From positions 37,261 through 101,260 of IMG/VR virus record IMGVR_UViG_3300047546_001263: 64,000 nt of DNA; one strand, 5' to 3'. Source of the stretch: a virus. Position 1 is the first letter of the stretch, and every line of letters begins with the position of its first letter. Of the stretch, positions 18,837 to 28,717 are shown in pieces. The position numbers and the translations under genes are program-made. The notes beneath the pieces are model-generated. The model saw only the letters and a program-made list of their open reading frames with translations, did not search any database and had not been told where the DNA came from.

Positions 18837-21800
18837 TTACGTATTGGTAGCAGCTACAGCTAATGTACCGCCTACCTTTCTACCGTCCATATTGATATTC
18901 TTACCTTGTTTAACTGCAACAATTAATTCGTCGATTTTTGCAATAAGTTTCTCATTACTTTCTGATTTTCCTGATTCTTCTCCACCACCGGCGATACCTG
19001 AAATCATATCTCCTATTGCACCTGCAGCGGCTATTGCTGGAGCAGCGAAAGCTGTAGTCATTATCAGACCTTGCATTTCATCTAATTTCTCAGTATCCAT
19101 TGTTGCTAAAGCAGCTCCAATTCCACCTAAAGCGGCAGCTATTGCTGTTAAAGAACCAGCTACTGATTGTAATGGACCGGCCATTGCTGCTAAATTCTGA
19201 AGATCTTCCATTATTCCACCACCTGTAAACAATGATGTAAGTCCTGATACTAAACTTCCGCCTGCTAAAGCTGCGGCAAAGACTGCTAATCCTCCTGCAG
19301 CTGCTATTAATCCAACACCCGCCATCATTAAACCAGGCCCCATTTCAGCTAACATTGAAAGCTTATCAACTACTCCTTGTATATCTGCTCCGGCCATAAT
19401 ACCAAATGCTGTTGCTGCTGGTATCAAAGCTAAACCTAATACTGTTAATGCAGCAGCGCCTGCCATTATAAATGGAGCTACGAATCCTAATCCTGCAGTA
19501 GCTAATGCTAATAAAGGTAGTGCAATTGAGAATGCCATAATTGAAGCTGTATCTACCCCCTGTAATAAACTAAAGGCGAATGCTGCTGGTATCATCGCCA
19601 TAGCTAATATACCTATTGCGGCGGCTCCTGCTAATACCATTGGACCTGTCATTCCAATAAGTGCTGCTGCTCCTCCTAATACTACTAAACTAGCTACCAT
19701 GGCTGTTATTGCCATTGGATCAACAGAACCTAGTAAACTAAATGCATAGGCTGCCGGAATCATAGCTAGTGCTAATACTCCTATTGCAGCTGCGCCTGCT
19801 AATACCATTGGACCTGTCATACCCATTATCGCGGCGGCTGCTCCTAATGCTATTAAACTTCCTGTCATAGCTATAACTGCCATTGGGTCTACGCTTCCTA
19901 AAAGGCTAAATGCATAAGCTGCTGGTATTAAAGCTAATGCTAAGATACCTAGAGCTAATGCTCCCATAATTATCTGTCCTCCTAAGTTACCCATAAGAGC
20001 TGCAGCGATACCTAAAGCTATTAAGCTTCCAGATAAAGCAACTACTGACATTGGATCAACTCCTGCCATAAGACTAAATGCATAAGCTGCTGGGATCAAG
20101 GCAACGCCTGCTATACCCATTGCTATAGCTCCTTTGATTGCGTCATTTCCTAACTTACCTACTAATGCTAACGAAGCTCCAAAAATTCCTATAGAACCGG
20201 CAAATGCTAACATAGTGACTGGATCAACATCTTGTACCATTTTAAGTGCTAATGCAAATGAACCGCCTAGTGCTAGACCGGCAATACCTAATGCTAATGC
20301 ACCTTTTACCACATCGCCAAACTGTTTACCAATTGAAGCTAAACCGTCGCCAAGTCCTTTTAAAAATCCACCTGGTCCGTCACCTTTTGCATCTTTTGTT
20401 TTATCTGCTAAATCACCTGTTTGGTCTGCGGCTTTTTCTGTTAACTTATCTTTTGCTTTACTAGCTACATCAGCAGCCTTATCTTTACCTTTACCTAATA
20501 ACTTATCTTTTAATCCACCTGCCATCTTACCTATGCCGCCAAAATTCTTTTTTAGGTTTTCAAAGAATCCTCCAGCAACTGATGGATTAAATGCGTCTTT
20601 GAGAGATTTTGCAATCAGTAAAATACCTCCTCCAACAGCAAGTTTAGTTACTATTGATAATATTTCTCCAAAAGTACCTCCAATTCCTTTCAATGCATCA
20701 GCCCATTTCATTAAGTAACCTATAGGGGTTGCAATCATTCTGATTATAGTACCTAATACCTCTGCTATCGGTACTAGTATTTCCAACATAGGGGCAATAG
20801 CTTGTGAAAGTTTATCTAGAGATTTTTGAAGATTCTCTTGAATATCCATTCGTTTTGACTCTTCTAAAGTCACCCCTCTAATCTTTGCTTTTTCTTCATC
20901 TGACATTCCGTTAAGTATTCCTTTCTGGATAGCCATTTCAGCTAGCTGGTCTCTAGACATTCCTAAAGATTTAGCATATGCTTCTTGTTGAATTCGATTC
21001 ATCTTACCGAATTCCGTTACATCTTGAGCATTTTTAAATAACTCATTAGCAACTCCTTCTATATCATTAGACAAAGCTAACTCTCTAGCTTTGTTTAAAT
21101 TTAATTCTTTACCTGTTAATAATTCTGCTTCCATCTCAGCAGCGATAGAATCTTCGAAATTTAGCAAACCGTCCATTATACCTTCCATATCCTTCAACTC
21201 CATACCAATCTTACGAGCAGCAGCTGCGGCTTTTGCTAAACCTCCTGGATATTGTGAGAACTGAGCTTGTACTGCTTTACTTGCCTTACCCATATCTCGG
21301 ATTACTTGAGTACTAGATACTGCAGAATCTGTTGTATTGTTAAATTCATCTGTTGCAGCTTGTACTTGGCTTTCTAAACCTTCCATAGACATACCTGCAA
21401 GTTTAGCATTAACTGCTAACATACCAGCGTTTTCCGCAGAAAGTCCTAATTCGTTTTTAAGTCCGGCTGCTGCTGCTACAAGATCTGGTCCTAACGCTAC
21501 TACAGCATTAGTTCCTATCTGAGTAGATAGTTCACCAGCTGTTTGTAAAAAATCCACTGATGTAGCAAGTTCTGAGTTTGCACCAGCTAGAGCGTCAGCA
21601 TTCATACCTGTTTGCTGTTGGAACTTAGTTCCGGCTTTGTTCAACTCAAAGAAACTACTTACTATTTTTCCTAGTACTACAGCAGGATCTGTTAATCCTT
21701 TTGCAAGTGTACCTATAAGGGGACCTAATCCCTTCATAGCTACTTCCATTTTAGAAACTTCCTTACCTGAACGAGCTGCCTCATCGGCAAACTCTTCCAT

Positions 21801-22574
21801 AGCTTTTTCAGCTTTACTAAGACCATCGGATACTGATGTGCTATCGAAACCTAATTTTGACATCAATCCACCAGCACTTTTTACAAGATCCCCTGTGATA
21901 CCCATTTTTTCATTGATATCTTTTTGAATCTCTCCTTCTTTTGTAGTTATGTCAACATTTTTTTGAGCCTGTTGAACTAACTGTGTTGCTAGTGATAAAC
22001 GTTGAGTATCTGCATCAGCTAGTTTTAAATGTGTATCTAAACTAGATTCTACAGATGCTAATTGATCTTCTCTCTTAGCTATATCCTCTTTTAACTTCTT
22101 TGCTGCTTCCTCATCAGCTGTTGCAAGCTTATCATACAGATCATCGATTTCTGAAATGATTTCTTGACGTTTGAGCTGAGCTTTTGCTATTTTATCAGCT
22201 GCTTGTATTTGTACAGCATTTAACCCTTTGGCATTTATTAACTGTTCTCTTCTAGCGCTTTCTAAAATTTTCTCGTTTTTGAGAATTTCTTTAGATATTT
22301 CTTTATTACGACCTAACTCTACTGCGTTTTTTTGAGCTTGTGTAGTGATATCTCTTGATAATCCTAATAATGCCTTATCGTAGTCGTTTCTCTGTCTAGA
22401 AAGTCCTAGCATATCACGAAGCTCCTGACCTAGATTTCTAGTCTGTTCTGTTGTTTCAGCAGCTATTTTTCTACCTAATTCAAGAAATTTATTCTCTTCA
22501 GCTGAAAGACGATTAGTCTCAGCTTTAGCTTTATTAAGATCTTGTTGGTTCTTTATGTCGTCTTTATTAGCCAT
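18837..22574 (-). CDS. Tail tape measure protein
   Basis: 1245 aa, helical, Ala/Gly/Leu-rich, hydrophobic repeats; lies between tail tube/chaperones and baseplate. Confidence 0.88.
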   Translation of the reverse strand: MANKDDIKNQQDLNKAKAETNRLSAEENKFLELGRKIAAETTEQTRNLGQELRDMLGLSRQRNDYDKALLGLSRDITTQAQKNAVELGRNKEISKEILKNEKILESARREQLINAKGLNAVQIQAADKIAKAQLKRQEIISEIDDLYDKLATADEEAAKKLKEDIAKREDQLASVESSLDTHLKLADADTQRLSLATQLVQQAQKNVDITTKEGEIQKDINEKMGITGDLVKSAGGLMSKLGFDSTSVSDGLSKAEKAMEEFADEAARSGKEVSKMEVAMKGLGPLIGTLAKGLTDPAVVLGKIVSSFFELNKAGTKFQQQTGMNADALAGANSELATSVDFLQTAGELSTQIGTNAVVALGPDLVAAAAGLKNELGLSAENAGMLAVNAKLAGMSMEGLESQVQAATDEFNNTTDSAVSSTQVIRDMGKASKAVQAQFSQYPGGLAKAAAAARKIGMELKDMEGIMDGLLNFEDSIAAEMEAELLTGKELNLNKARELALSNDIEGVANELFKNAQDVTEFGKMNRIQQEAYAKSLGMSRDQLAEMAIQKGILNGMSDEEKAKIRGVTLEESKRMDIQENLQKSLDKLSQAIAPMLEILVPIAEVLGTIIRMIATPIGYLMKWADALKGIGGTFGEILSIVTKLAVGGGILLIAKSLKDAFNPSVAGGFFENLKKNFGGIGKMAGGLKDKLLGKGKDKAADVASKAKDKLTEKAADQTGDLADKTKDAKGDGPGGFLKGLGDGLASIGKQFGDVVKGALALGIAGLALGGSFALALKMVQDVDPVTMLAFAGSIGIFGASLALVGKLGNDAIKGAIAMGIAGVALIPAAYAFSLMAGVDPMSVVALSGSLIALGIAAALMGNLGGQIIMGALALGILALALIPAAYAFSLLGSVDPMAVIAMTGSLIALGAAAAIMGMTGPMVLAGAAAIGVLALAMIPAAYAFSLLGSVDPMAITAMVASLVVLGGAAALIGMTGPMVLAGAAAIGILAMAMIPAAFAFSLLQGVDTASIMAFSIALPLLALATAGLGFVAPFIMAGAAALTVLGLALIPAATAFGIMAGADIQGVVDKLSMLAEMGPGLMMAGVGLIAAAGGLAVFAAALAGGSLVSGLTSLFTGGGIMEDLQNLAAMAGPLQSVAGSLTAIAAALGGIGAALATMDTEKLDEMQGLIMTTAFAAPAIAAAGAIGDMISGIAGGGEESGKSESNEKLIAKIDELIVAVKQGKNINMDGRKVGGTLAVAATNT
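19400..20330 (-). repeat. ~56-aa (168 bp) tandem hydrophobic repeats in tape measure
   Basis: IPAAYAFSLL..VDP recurs about every 56 aa; exact 26-bp duplicate at 19627-19652 and 19795-19820 (spacing 168). Confidence 0.85.
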
Positions 22575-22615
22575 TAATAGAGTTACTTATATTATATAAA
22601 TAGGTAAAGCTCGCT

Positions 22616-22876
22616 TTATGGGCGAGCCTTAGTACTATAAGATGGTTTTCTTACTGCAGGTCCTTTTGGAGCTGATTTGCTAGGTGCTTTACTCTTAGCT
22701 TTATTCATAGCTTCCTGTTCCTTTTCGTAATATTCATTCATTTTTTGATAAGTGAAATTACGTAACCATATAGGCATTGCATAAACAGTATCATGATCAT
22801 ACCCTCCCTTTCCGTGGAAAACTATTTCATGAATCTGATTGAAGATGCTTGCTCTATACGTTGGCGTCAGGCCAAA
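22616..22876 (-). CDS. Tail assembly chaperone C-terminal extension (lambda gpT-like), probably reached by frameshift
   Basis: Overlaps the 3' end of the 22854-23594 gene in the +1 frame; the track ATG at 22921 lies inside that gene; canonical position before tape measure. Confidence 0.6.
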   Translation of the reverse strand, partial: FGLTPTYRASIFNQIHEIVFHGKGGYDHDTVYAMPIWLRNFTYQKMNEYYEKEQEAMNKAKSKAPSKSAPKGPAVRKPSYSTKARP

Positions 22877-23594
22877 GAAAGTTAACCCCGATTGGAATGT
22901 CAACCCCTCCTTCTGGTCCATTTTCAGGATAGAATCTCAAATCTACATCTGGTTGAAATTCTGCAACATATTTTCTGAATGCACGTGTATCTCTCGCTAG
23001 GAAATGGTTGTCTACGAAATCTCTAATACTCTTAGAATCGTTAGCTCCATTTACAGAAGTAATCATGTGTTTTAACCTAGTTGATAATTCTGGAGAAGAG
23101 TCTTTATGTATCTTCTTAAGTCCTTTTACTTCTTGTTGAATTTTTTGTTCATCACCATGAGTAAGTAACTTAAAAGTAATTGTGTTGCCAGTAGAAGGTA
23201 ATTCGAAAGAAAATTCATTCTTTCTATCTTGGAATAAACTTTCATCAAAAACTTTATTCTCAATTAAAGATAAATCTACAGTCTCAACCTGTCCTTGATA
23301 ATTGAATTCATAATCTTTACCGTACCCTAGTACTCTTGCTGCAATTAAGATAGCATTCTTGTCACCTACTAAAAGATCATCATAGTTAAACTTGGTTACA
23401 ATCAAAGACTGTAATAGCTTATCAATTACTACTCCTCTTTCAATAAAGCCTTGGTTAGTTAAGATGTCCTCTTCTTTAGCTGTCATGTACTTCATTTCTA
23501 CTGTACCTGATGCTAGTGGATGGTCTATCGGGTAAAGTAACCCTTTAGAAGGTAGGTCTACAATTTCTGTAGGGAATTTTTGTGCTTGTTCCAT
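22854..23594 (-). CDS. Tail assembly chaperone / T4 gp26-like hub assembly protein
   Basis: VDLPSKG..MKYMTAKEEDIL..ILIAAR..FELP..FLWP; lies between tail tube and tape measure. Confidence 0.7.
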   Translation of the reverse strand: MEQAQKFPTEIVDLPSKGLLYPIDHPLASGTVEMKYMTAKEEDILTNQGFIERGVVIDKLLQSLIVTKFNYDDLLVGDKNAILIAARVLGYGKDYEFNYQGQVETVDLSLIENKVFDESLFQDRKNEFSFELPSTGNTITFKLLTHGDEQKIQQEVKGLKKIHKDSSPELSTRLKHMITSVNGANDSKSIRDFVDNHFLARDTRAFRKYVAEFQPDVDLRFYPENGPEGGVDIPIGVNFLWPDANV

Positions 23595-23656
23595 AAATTT
23601 TATTTTGAATAACGTTATTTCATATAAATATACGAAAAATAACTTTTGATAACAAC

Positions 23657-23692
23657 AAAAAACCCGGAAATATTTCTCCGGGTTCTTTTTTT
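23657..23692 (-). terminator. Intrinsic terminator after tail tube gene
   Basis: AACCCGGA..TCCGGGTT stem (23661-23684) flanked by A and T tracts. Confidence 0.8.
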
Positions 23693-23708
23693 ATATATTT
23701 CAGGCAGA

Positions 23709-24194
23709 TTAGTAGTTAAGTACGCAGTAGTCCATCGCTACAGTAATTGTTAATTCAACACCATCGCTAGTTGACCAGTCCAAAGAACCTTGGGCCATGT
23801 TTACGATAAATGCTCCTTTAACAATCCACTCTGATACGATATCACCTACTGGACCTAAAAGATTCAAAGTCAAATCTTTTTTATAGAAATCTGAATAACC
23901 AGCTCTACCGGTTACTGATTCGTATGATTGACGAGCCCAGTCCATTACTGCTTGAGCGCCTGATGGGTTAATTGGATCGTACAATGTCATATCCATGTTT
24001 TCCCAGTTTCTTTTCCCACGAATCTTTCTATAAGAGTTGATGTGATCTAATTTGATCTCCTCATCTGTGAAAGATGGTGCAGTTACCGCCTTAACCATGA
24101 ATGATGGTATAGCGTCACTGTATAGGATAAATCTATTCTGTACCTTCGGTTCGAAGGCTCTGAACATAATTTCGTTAGAATCTAATACTGCCAT
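23709..24194 (-). CDS. gp19: Tail tube protein (T4 gp19-like)
   Basis: FEPKVQNRF, W..MTLYDP, YKKDLTL..LGPVG..W..KGAF; follows sheath gene. Confidence 0.88.
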   Translation of the reverse strand: MAVLDSNEIMFRAFEPKVQNRFILYSDAIPSFMVKAVTAPSFTDEEIKLDHINSYRKIRGKRNWENMDMTLYDPINPSGAQAVMDWARQSYESVTGRAGYSDFYKKDLTLNLLGPVGDIVSEWIVKGAFIVNMAQGSLDWSTSDGVELTITVAMDYCVLNY

Positions 24195-24231
24195 TTTATT
24201 ATCTGTTTTATATAAATATCAATTATTTTAA

Positions 24232-25977
24232 TTATGCTACAAATGTTGCACCTGTTGGTTCAATTGTGAAGTCAAGTACTACGAATTCTGCAGTCTTAGC
24301 TGGTTGGATAAAGATCTGACCAACAATCTGATTTCTGTCTACGATATCAGCTGTGTTGTTAGAGTCATCCATTACAACTCTGTAAGCATATAAACCTTGA
24401 CGTTGAACTACTGATTCTAAGTAAGGGTTAACGATTGCTAAGAATTTGTTTCTTGTAGCTATTGTGTTTTGTTCGAATACTAAGTTATTTGCCTGACCAC
24501 CGATGAAGCGTTTCAATTCGATTAATAAACGGCGAACGTTTACTCTATCTAAAGCTGAAGCTTTCTTCTGTAAAGTCTTCTGACCGTATACTGCAATACC
24601 TTGTCCAGGGAATGTAGCAATTGGGTTAACATTAGAGCGATATAATAAATCACGTTGCTCACGGCTAACTTTACGTTCTGCTTGGATTACGTTAGGAATA
24701 CCTCCCTTAACTAAACCTGCTGGAGCAAACCATGGAGCTGCTGCACTATCAGTGAAGGCATACACACCTGGGATAACTGTTGAAGCAGGAACCCATTCGT
24801 TCTTACCTGTAGCAGATTGTGTTTGTAACCAAGGCCAGTAAGCTGCTGCATAAGAAGAGTTTACTGTACCAGCTGCTGCTGTTACGTTTGATACTGTAGC
24901 ACCGTATTGTTCTAAATCAATTACTGCAATTGCATCTCCTCTACCCTCTACTAATGAGATGATAGAATCTAATTGTGTCTTATGAGTACCGAAGTCATAG
25001 ATAAGACCTGGAGCAGTAACGATATTAAATTGATACTCGTCTTTATTATTTAAGATTGAGATAGCGTCTGCATAGTTGCTAGCTACTAAACCTTGTGTAT
25101 CTGTATTACTAATGTTCTTGAAGAACTTAGCTACTTTTCCTGTTGGGAATGCTGTTCCGGTTGCATTGTAGAATGAACCTGATTGAGCTACTGGTAAATA
25201 GTTGTTGTAGCTATTGTTTACTGTAACGCCGTCGTTAGCTAAGTAGTTAAGTGTAGGATGATTTACTGCTTTAACTCTAATATAGTTAGATTTATTAGCA
25301 TACTCTCCTGTTACTGATACGAATACTTCTGAACCCTCTACTGTTTTAGAAACAGCTTGGTTACCGATTACTCTTTCAATGTAGTTTTCTGAGTTTGGAT
25401 CTAAAGATAAATCGTTGAAAGTTTCTAAGATAATCTTATTCTTTCTACTATCATCACCTCTACGTACTAACAATGAGAATGTACCAGAACTACTATTAAC
25501 GTTTGTAATTTCAAATCTGATATTATCAGCTTTACCTAAAGCGATTGAACCATCTGCATTATGAGCTGCTGTTGTATGAGCAGATCCTGTAGCGTTATTG
25601 TAGATATCACCTTTACCTATTGTTTCTAATTTGAAAGGATTAGTGATAGATCCACCTACTGTAATTAAAGTTGTGTTCTCTGCTGCTGTATAAGAGCCAG
25701 ATACTACTCTAGTAACTAATGCTGTGTTTCCTCCTTGTTCAAAGTAACTCTTTACTGCGATTGATGTTAAATACTCATAGCTATTAGAACCAGAAGTAAT
25801 TGTGGTTCCAAATAATCTTTGGTACTGTCCGTAAGAAGTTACTACTGTAGGTTGCTCTACCGGGCCTTTTACTGTTGGACCAATAAACGCTGCACCTACT
25901 GCAGCCGCTTGTGGTTGGATAAACGAAATATCATTTTCTCTCGTTAATACACCTGGTGAAATTAATGTTTCTGCCAT
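24232..25977 (-). CDS. gp18: Tail sheath protein (T4 gp18-like)
   Basis: SPGVLTREND, GPTVKGP, YWPW, PWFAPAG, GQKTLQ, DRVNVRRL, PAKTAEF. Confidence 0.95.
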   Translation of the reverse strand: MAETLISPGVLTRENDISFIQPQAAAVGAAFIGPTVKGPVEQPTVVTSYGQYQRLFGTTITSGSNSYEYLTSIAVKSYFEQGGNTALVTRVVSGSYTAAENTTLITVGGSITNPFKLETIGKGDIYNNATGSAHTTAAHNADGSIALGKADNIRFEITNVNSSSGTFSLLVRRGDDSRKNKIILETFNDLSLDPNSENYIERVIGNQAVSKTVEGSEVFVSVTGEYANKSNYIRVKAVNHPTLNYLANDGVTVNNSYNNYLPVAQSGSFYNATGTAFPTGKVAKFFKNISNTDTQGLVASNYADAISILNNKDEYQFNIVTAPGLIYDFGTHKTQLDSIISLVEGRGDAIAVIDLEQYGATVSNVTAAAGTVNSSYAAAYWPWLQTQSATGKNEWVPASTVIPGVYAFTDSAAAPWFAPAGLVKGGIPNVIQAERKVSREQRDLLYRSNVNPIATFPGQGIAVYGQKTLQKKASALDRVNVRRLLIELKRFIGGQANNLVFEQNTIATRNKFLAIVNPYLESVVQRQGLYAYRVVMDDSNNTADIVDRNQIVGQIFIQPAKTAEFVVLDFTIEPTGATFVA

Positions 25978-26105
25978 GTCTCTATTATTTGTTAGTTGGG
26001 TTCTAAAATAAATATCTTAATAAATTCGAAACCCTTTTCAAAAGATTTAATTTAACTACGTATATAAATAGGTGTATTCGGCTGAAACACTCTACTCATT
26101 ATTTT

Positions 26106-26363
26106 TTAAGCTTCTGTTATATCTCCTGTTTCTAAATTAAGGTGGACTTTCTGAAATCCGTATTTAATTTGTAAATCTGAAGCTATATTTTTTTCTGCTT
26201 CCTTCAAAGAATTATAAAAATTTTCAGCTGCTTGTCTGCGAGTATTCAATTCAAATTCTGCTAACGAAATAGCTGCTAATTCTTCGTTTAATTTAATCTT
26301 TTGAGTCTGTATCATTTTGATACTATCAATCTCTTCTTGTTGTAACTTTTGATCTGTTGACAT
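26106..26363 (-). CDS. Small coiled-coil hypothetical protein
   Basis: 85-aa ORF with heptad pattern ending KYG..LNLETGDI. Confidence 0.65.
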   Translation of the reverse strand: MSTDQKLQQEEIDSIKMIQTQKIKLNEELAAISLAEFELNTRRQAAENFYNSLKEAEKNIASDLQIKYGFQKVHLNLETGDITEA

Positions 26364-26374
26364 TTTTATAACTT

Positions 26375-27025
26375 TTAGTTTTTACAATTTGGTAATTTGA
26401 GAGTTAGGTCTTGTATTATTCCTAGCTTTCTTTCTTTTATATAATTAGTCCAAAGGATGCTCCCTTCGTACTTTTGTGTATACTTTTTTTCAAGATAAGA
26501 ATTAAGTGCATATATATCATCAAAAAAATCAGTATAACTTCTTTTAAATAACTTCTCAATTCCTTCTGGGTAAGTAGTAAACATTCTCTCGTCTAATGTC
26601 TTATATAGATATCTTCCGTATATAAAGTCTTCTTTCTTTCTTCCATTTAATAAAGGGTGTGCATGAATAGCTGCTTCTTGAAAATACTGCTCTACATTCT
26701 TATCGTATTCTATACGTCTTGTTTCTAAGTCTGGTTTAAACTTTATGATAGTTGAGTATTTAGAAAGATCTGAAATTAAATTTGCAGCTTGATATGTAGA
26801 GTGTAGTATTAAGTACTTTTTCTCTTCATACATTGGAACCTCTAAGTTAATAGTAATCCTTGTATTGTTTTGATACCTCATTAACTTATTAACCCACCTT
26901 AGATTCTCAGGAGTATTCCAACTATGAACGTAGGTGTCTACTTCTTCTCCTAAATCTTCTATAAACTTAATAAAGTTATCTGAAAAGTTAGTAAGTAGCC
27001 CTGATATTATTATTGCTTTAGCCAT
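26375..27025 (-). CDS. Hypothetical protein, possibly glycosyltransferase-like
   Basis: AIIISG..DTYVHSW..IIKFKPDL pattern; overlaps the nucleotide-sugar dehydrogenase gene. Confidence 0.45.
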   Translation of the reverse strand: MAKAIIISGLLTNFSDNFIKFIEDLGEEVDTYVHSWNTPENLRWVNKLMRYQNNTRITINLEVPMYEEKKYLILHSTYQAANLISDLSKYSTIIKFKPDLETRRIEYDKNVEQYFQEAAIHAHPLLNGRKKEDFIYGRYLYKTLDERMFTTYPEGIEKLFKRSYTDFFDDIYALNSYLEKKYTQKYEGSILWTNYIKERKLGIIQDLTLKLPNCKN

Positions 27026-28193
27026 TCAGTAATCTAGTATTCCCGTAGTGTATAACCCTGTTAATATCTGATTTATATTCCCTCCATGGATCTATAATAA
27101 CTGAGCCTTTAGGAAAATCAAAATCATGATGTTTCTTATAATGAGCTAGTAGGTAAATTGCTGGTACTGGATCTTCAATGTCGTATAGAACTTCGTACCC
27201 TTGTTCTTCTACATAATAACCTACTAATATAGATGAAGATCCGTCTTCGAAATGTACTCCTGGTTTATAAGATTTACCTAATATAACTACAGGTAATTTA
27301 CGAACTTTTGCGTAAAGAACCAACTTATTTGCTAGATTTTTTGCTTGTTTTTCTCTAGCTTTCATAATGGAATCGAATAAATCGTAACCTAATCTAAGCT
27401 TTTCAGATAAGAATCTTAGTGCTATATTGTCACGAGGGTGGCATCCACCGCCATCTCCCATTCCGGCTTTCATATACGCAGGGCCTAAGATGCGCTGGGT
27501 GCTTCGTTCTAAAGCTCCTGTAACTACGTCTGTGTTTATATTTCCATTTTTTTCAGCAACATCTTGAATCATGTTTACAAGAGCAACTTTGGTTGATATA
27601 AACGTATTGTAAAATATCTTTATTGATTCAGCTTCATCCCAAGTACCTATTTCAATTCTAGTAGAAGGGTTTATAAATGTATTATAAAAGTCTATAAGTA
27701 ACTTAGCGTCCCCTGTTTCTGATCCATCTTCAGTTCCTATAATAACCATTTCTGGGTTGACCATATCATACTTAACCGATCCCATTGCGATTAAATAAGG
27801 ATTGTATATAAACCTAAAGTTATTAACTAGTGGAATAAATTCTCGTCGTATTGTTCCGGGCAATACTGTAGATATTAAAACTACAAGTTGATTAGTATTT
27901 GTGTACTTGTCTACTTTAGTAAGTACTTCTTTTACTATCCCGTAATCAAAATCTTTGTTTTGTAAGTGAGAGGTGGGAAAGCGACCATCGTAGTCTGGGT
28001 GATGCGGTGTAGGTACAGCTATGAAAATGAGATCTTTATCTTTACATACTTTTTCTACATCACTAACCATAGGAAAGTTTACTGTTGCTGCTACACTTTT
28101 ATTTGTATCATACCCTTCAACGTAATGCTTTTCTGACATTACTTCTGCAGCTTCTTTACCTAATTTACCTACCCCTATAAAACCTATTTTCAT
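27018..28193 (-). CDS. UDP-glucose/GDP-mannose dehydrogenase family protein
   Basis: Rossmann GVGKLG, FIAVPTP, STVLPGT, YNP, AESIKIFYNTF, catalytic GGGCHPRD, LGKSYKP. Confidence 0.9.
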   Translation of the reverse strand: MKIGFIGVGKLGKEAAEVMSEKHYVEGYDTNKSVAATVNFPMVSDVEKVCKDKDLIFIAVPTPHHPDYDGRFPTSHLQNKDFDYGIVKEVLTKVDKYTNTNQLVVLISTVLPGTIRREFIPLVNNFRFIYNPYLIAMGSVKYDMVNPEMVIIGTEDGSETGDAKLLIDFYNTFINPSTRIEIGTWDEAESIKIFYNTFISTKVALVNMIQDVAEKNGNINTDVVTGALERSTQRILGPAYMKAGMGDGGGCHPRDNIALRFLSEKLRLGYDLFDSIMKAREKQAKNLANKLVLYAKVRKLPVVILGKSYKPGVHFEDGSSSILVGYYVEEQGYEVLYDIEDPVPAIYLLAHYKKHHDFDFPKGSVIIDPWREYKSDINRVIHYGNTRLLNG

Positions 28194-28196
28194 TTA

Positions 28197-28694
28197 TTAT
28201 TTTGCTTTATAGTCAGATACTAGTAAATTTCCTGCAAAAATCGAATGGTTCTTTGCAACTGTGATATGAGCTACTCTACCTTGGCAAGCTGTAATGCTTA
28301 TCTGATCTATGTTAACCCATACTTGACCGTCAAACATTTTATGTTTATCAGCAGTAACTTTAACTAATTTTTCTGGAGCAATTCCTTCTATTTCAGGAGC
28401 TACTTCTGTAAAGTAACCTAAGTATGTTTCACCTTCAAAATCTTCTCTTACGTATATAATAGAATCTAATGTTAGTACTTGAGGTAAATAGTTAATCTTA
28501 ATACCTTGATAGTATTTTTCATAATCTGCATCAGGGTCAATTTCTACAGAAACAATTTCAGATATTTCAAAGGTAGATTCATCTGTGTTGTATGTAATAA
28601 TAGACTCTCCTGCTTGTAATTCTTCTAAAGTTTTTCTAACAGATCCTAGATCAACTGAAGTATCGAAAGAAAGGGTGTATTTTACGTTGCTCAT
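28197..28694 (-). CDS. Stand-alone Hint-fold-like protein lacking splicing residues
   Basis: TLSFDTSV..KTLEELQAGESIITY (block A-like) and VAHITVAKNHSIFAGNLLVSD (block F/G-like). Confidence 0.6.
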   Translation of the reverse strand: MSNVKYTLSFDTSVDLGSVRKTLEELQAGESIITYNTDESTFEISEIVSVEIDPDADYEKYYQGIKINYLPQVLTLDSIIYVREDFEGETYLGYFTEVAPEIEGIAPEKLVKVTADKHKMFDGQVWVNIDQISITACQGRVAHITVAKNHSIFAGNLLVSDYKAK

Positions 28695-28717
28695 TTTAAT
28701 AATTTTATATAAATAGA

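Noticed and set aside
22877-22921. ATG at 22921 as the start of the 101-aa ORF
   Set aside because: It lies inside the upstream gene (AAT GGA codons) without the A-rich context of other starts; a frameshift product is more plausible, though unproven
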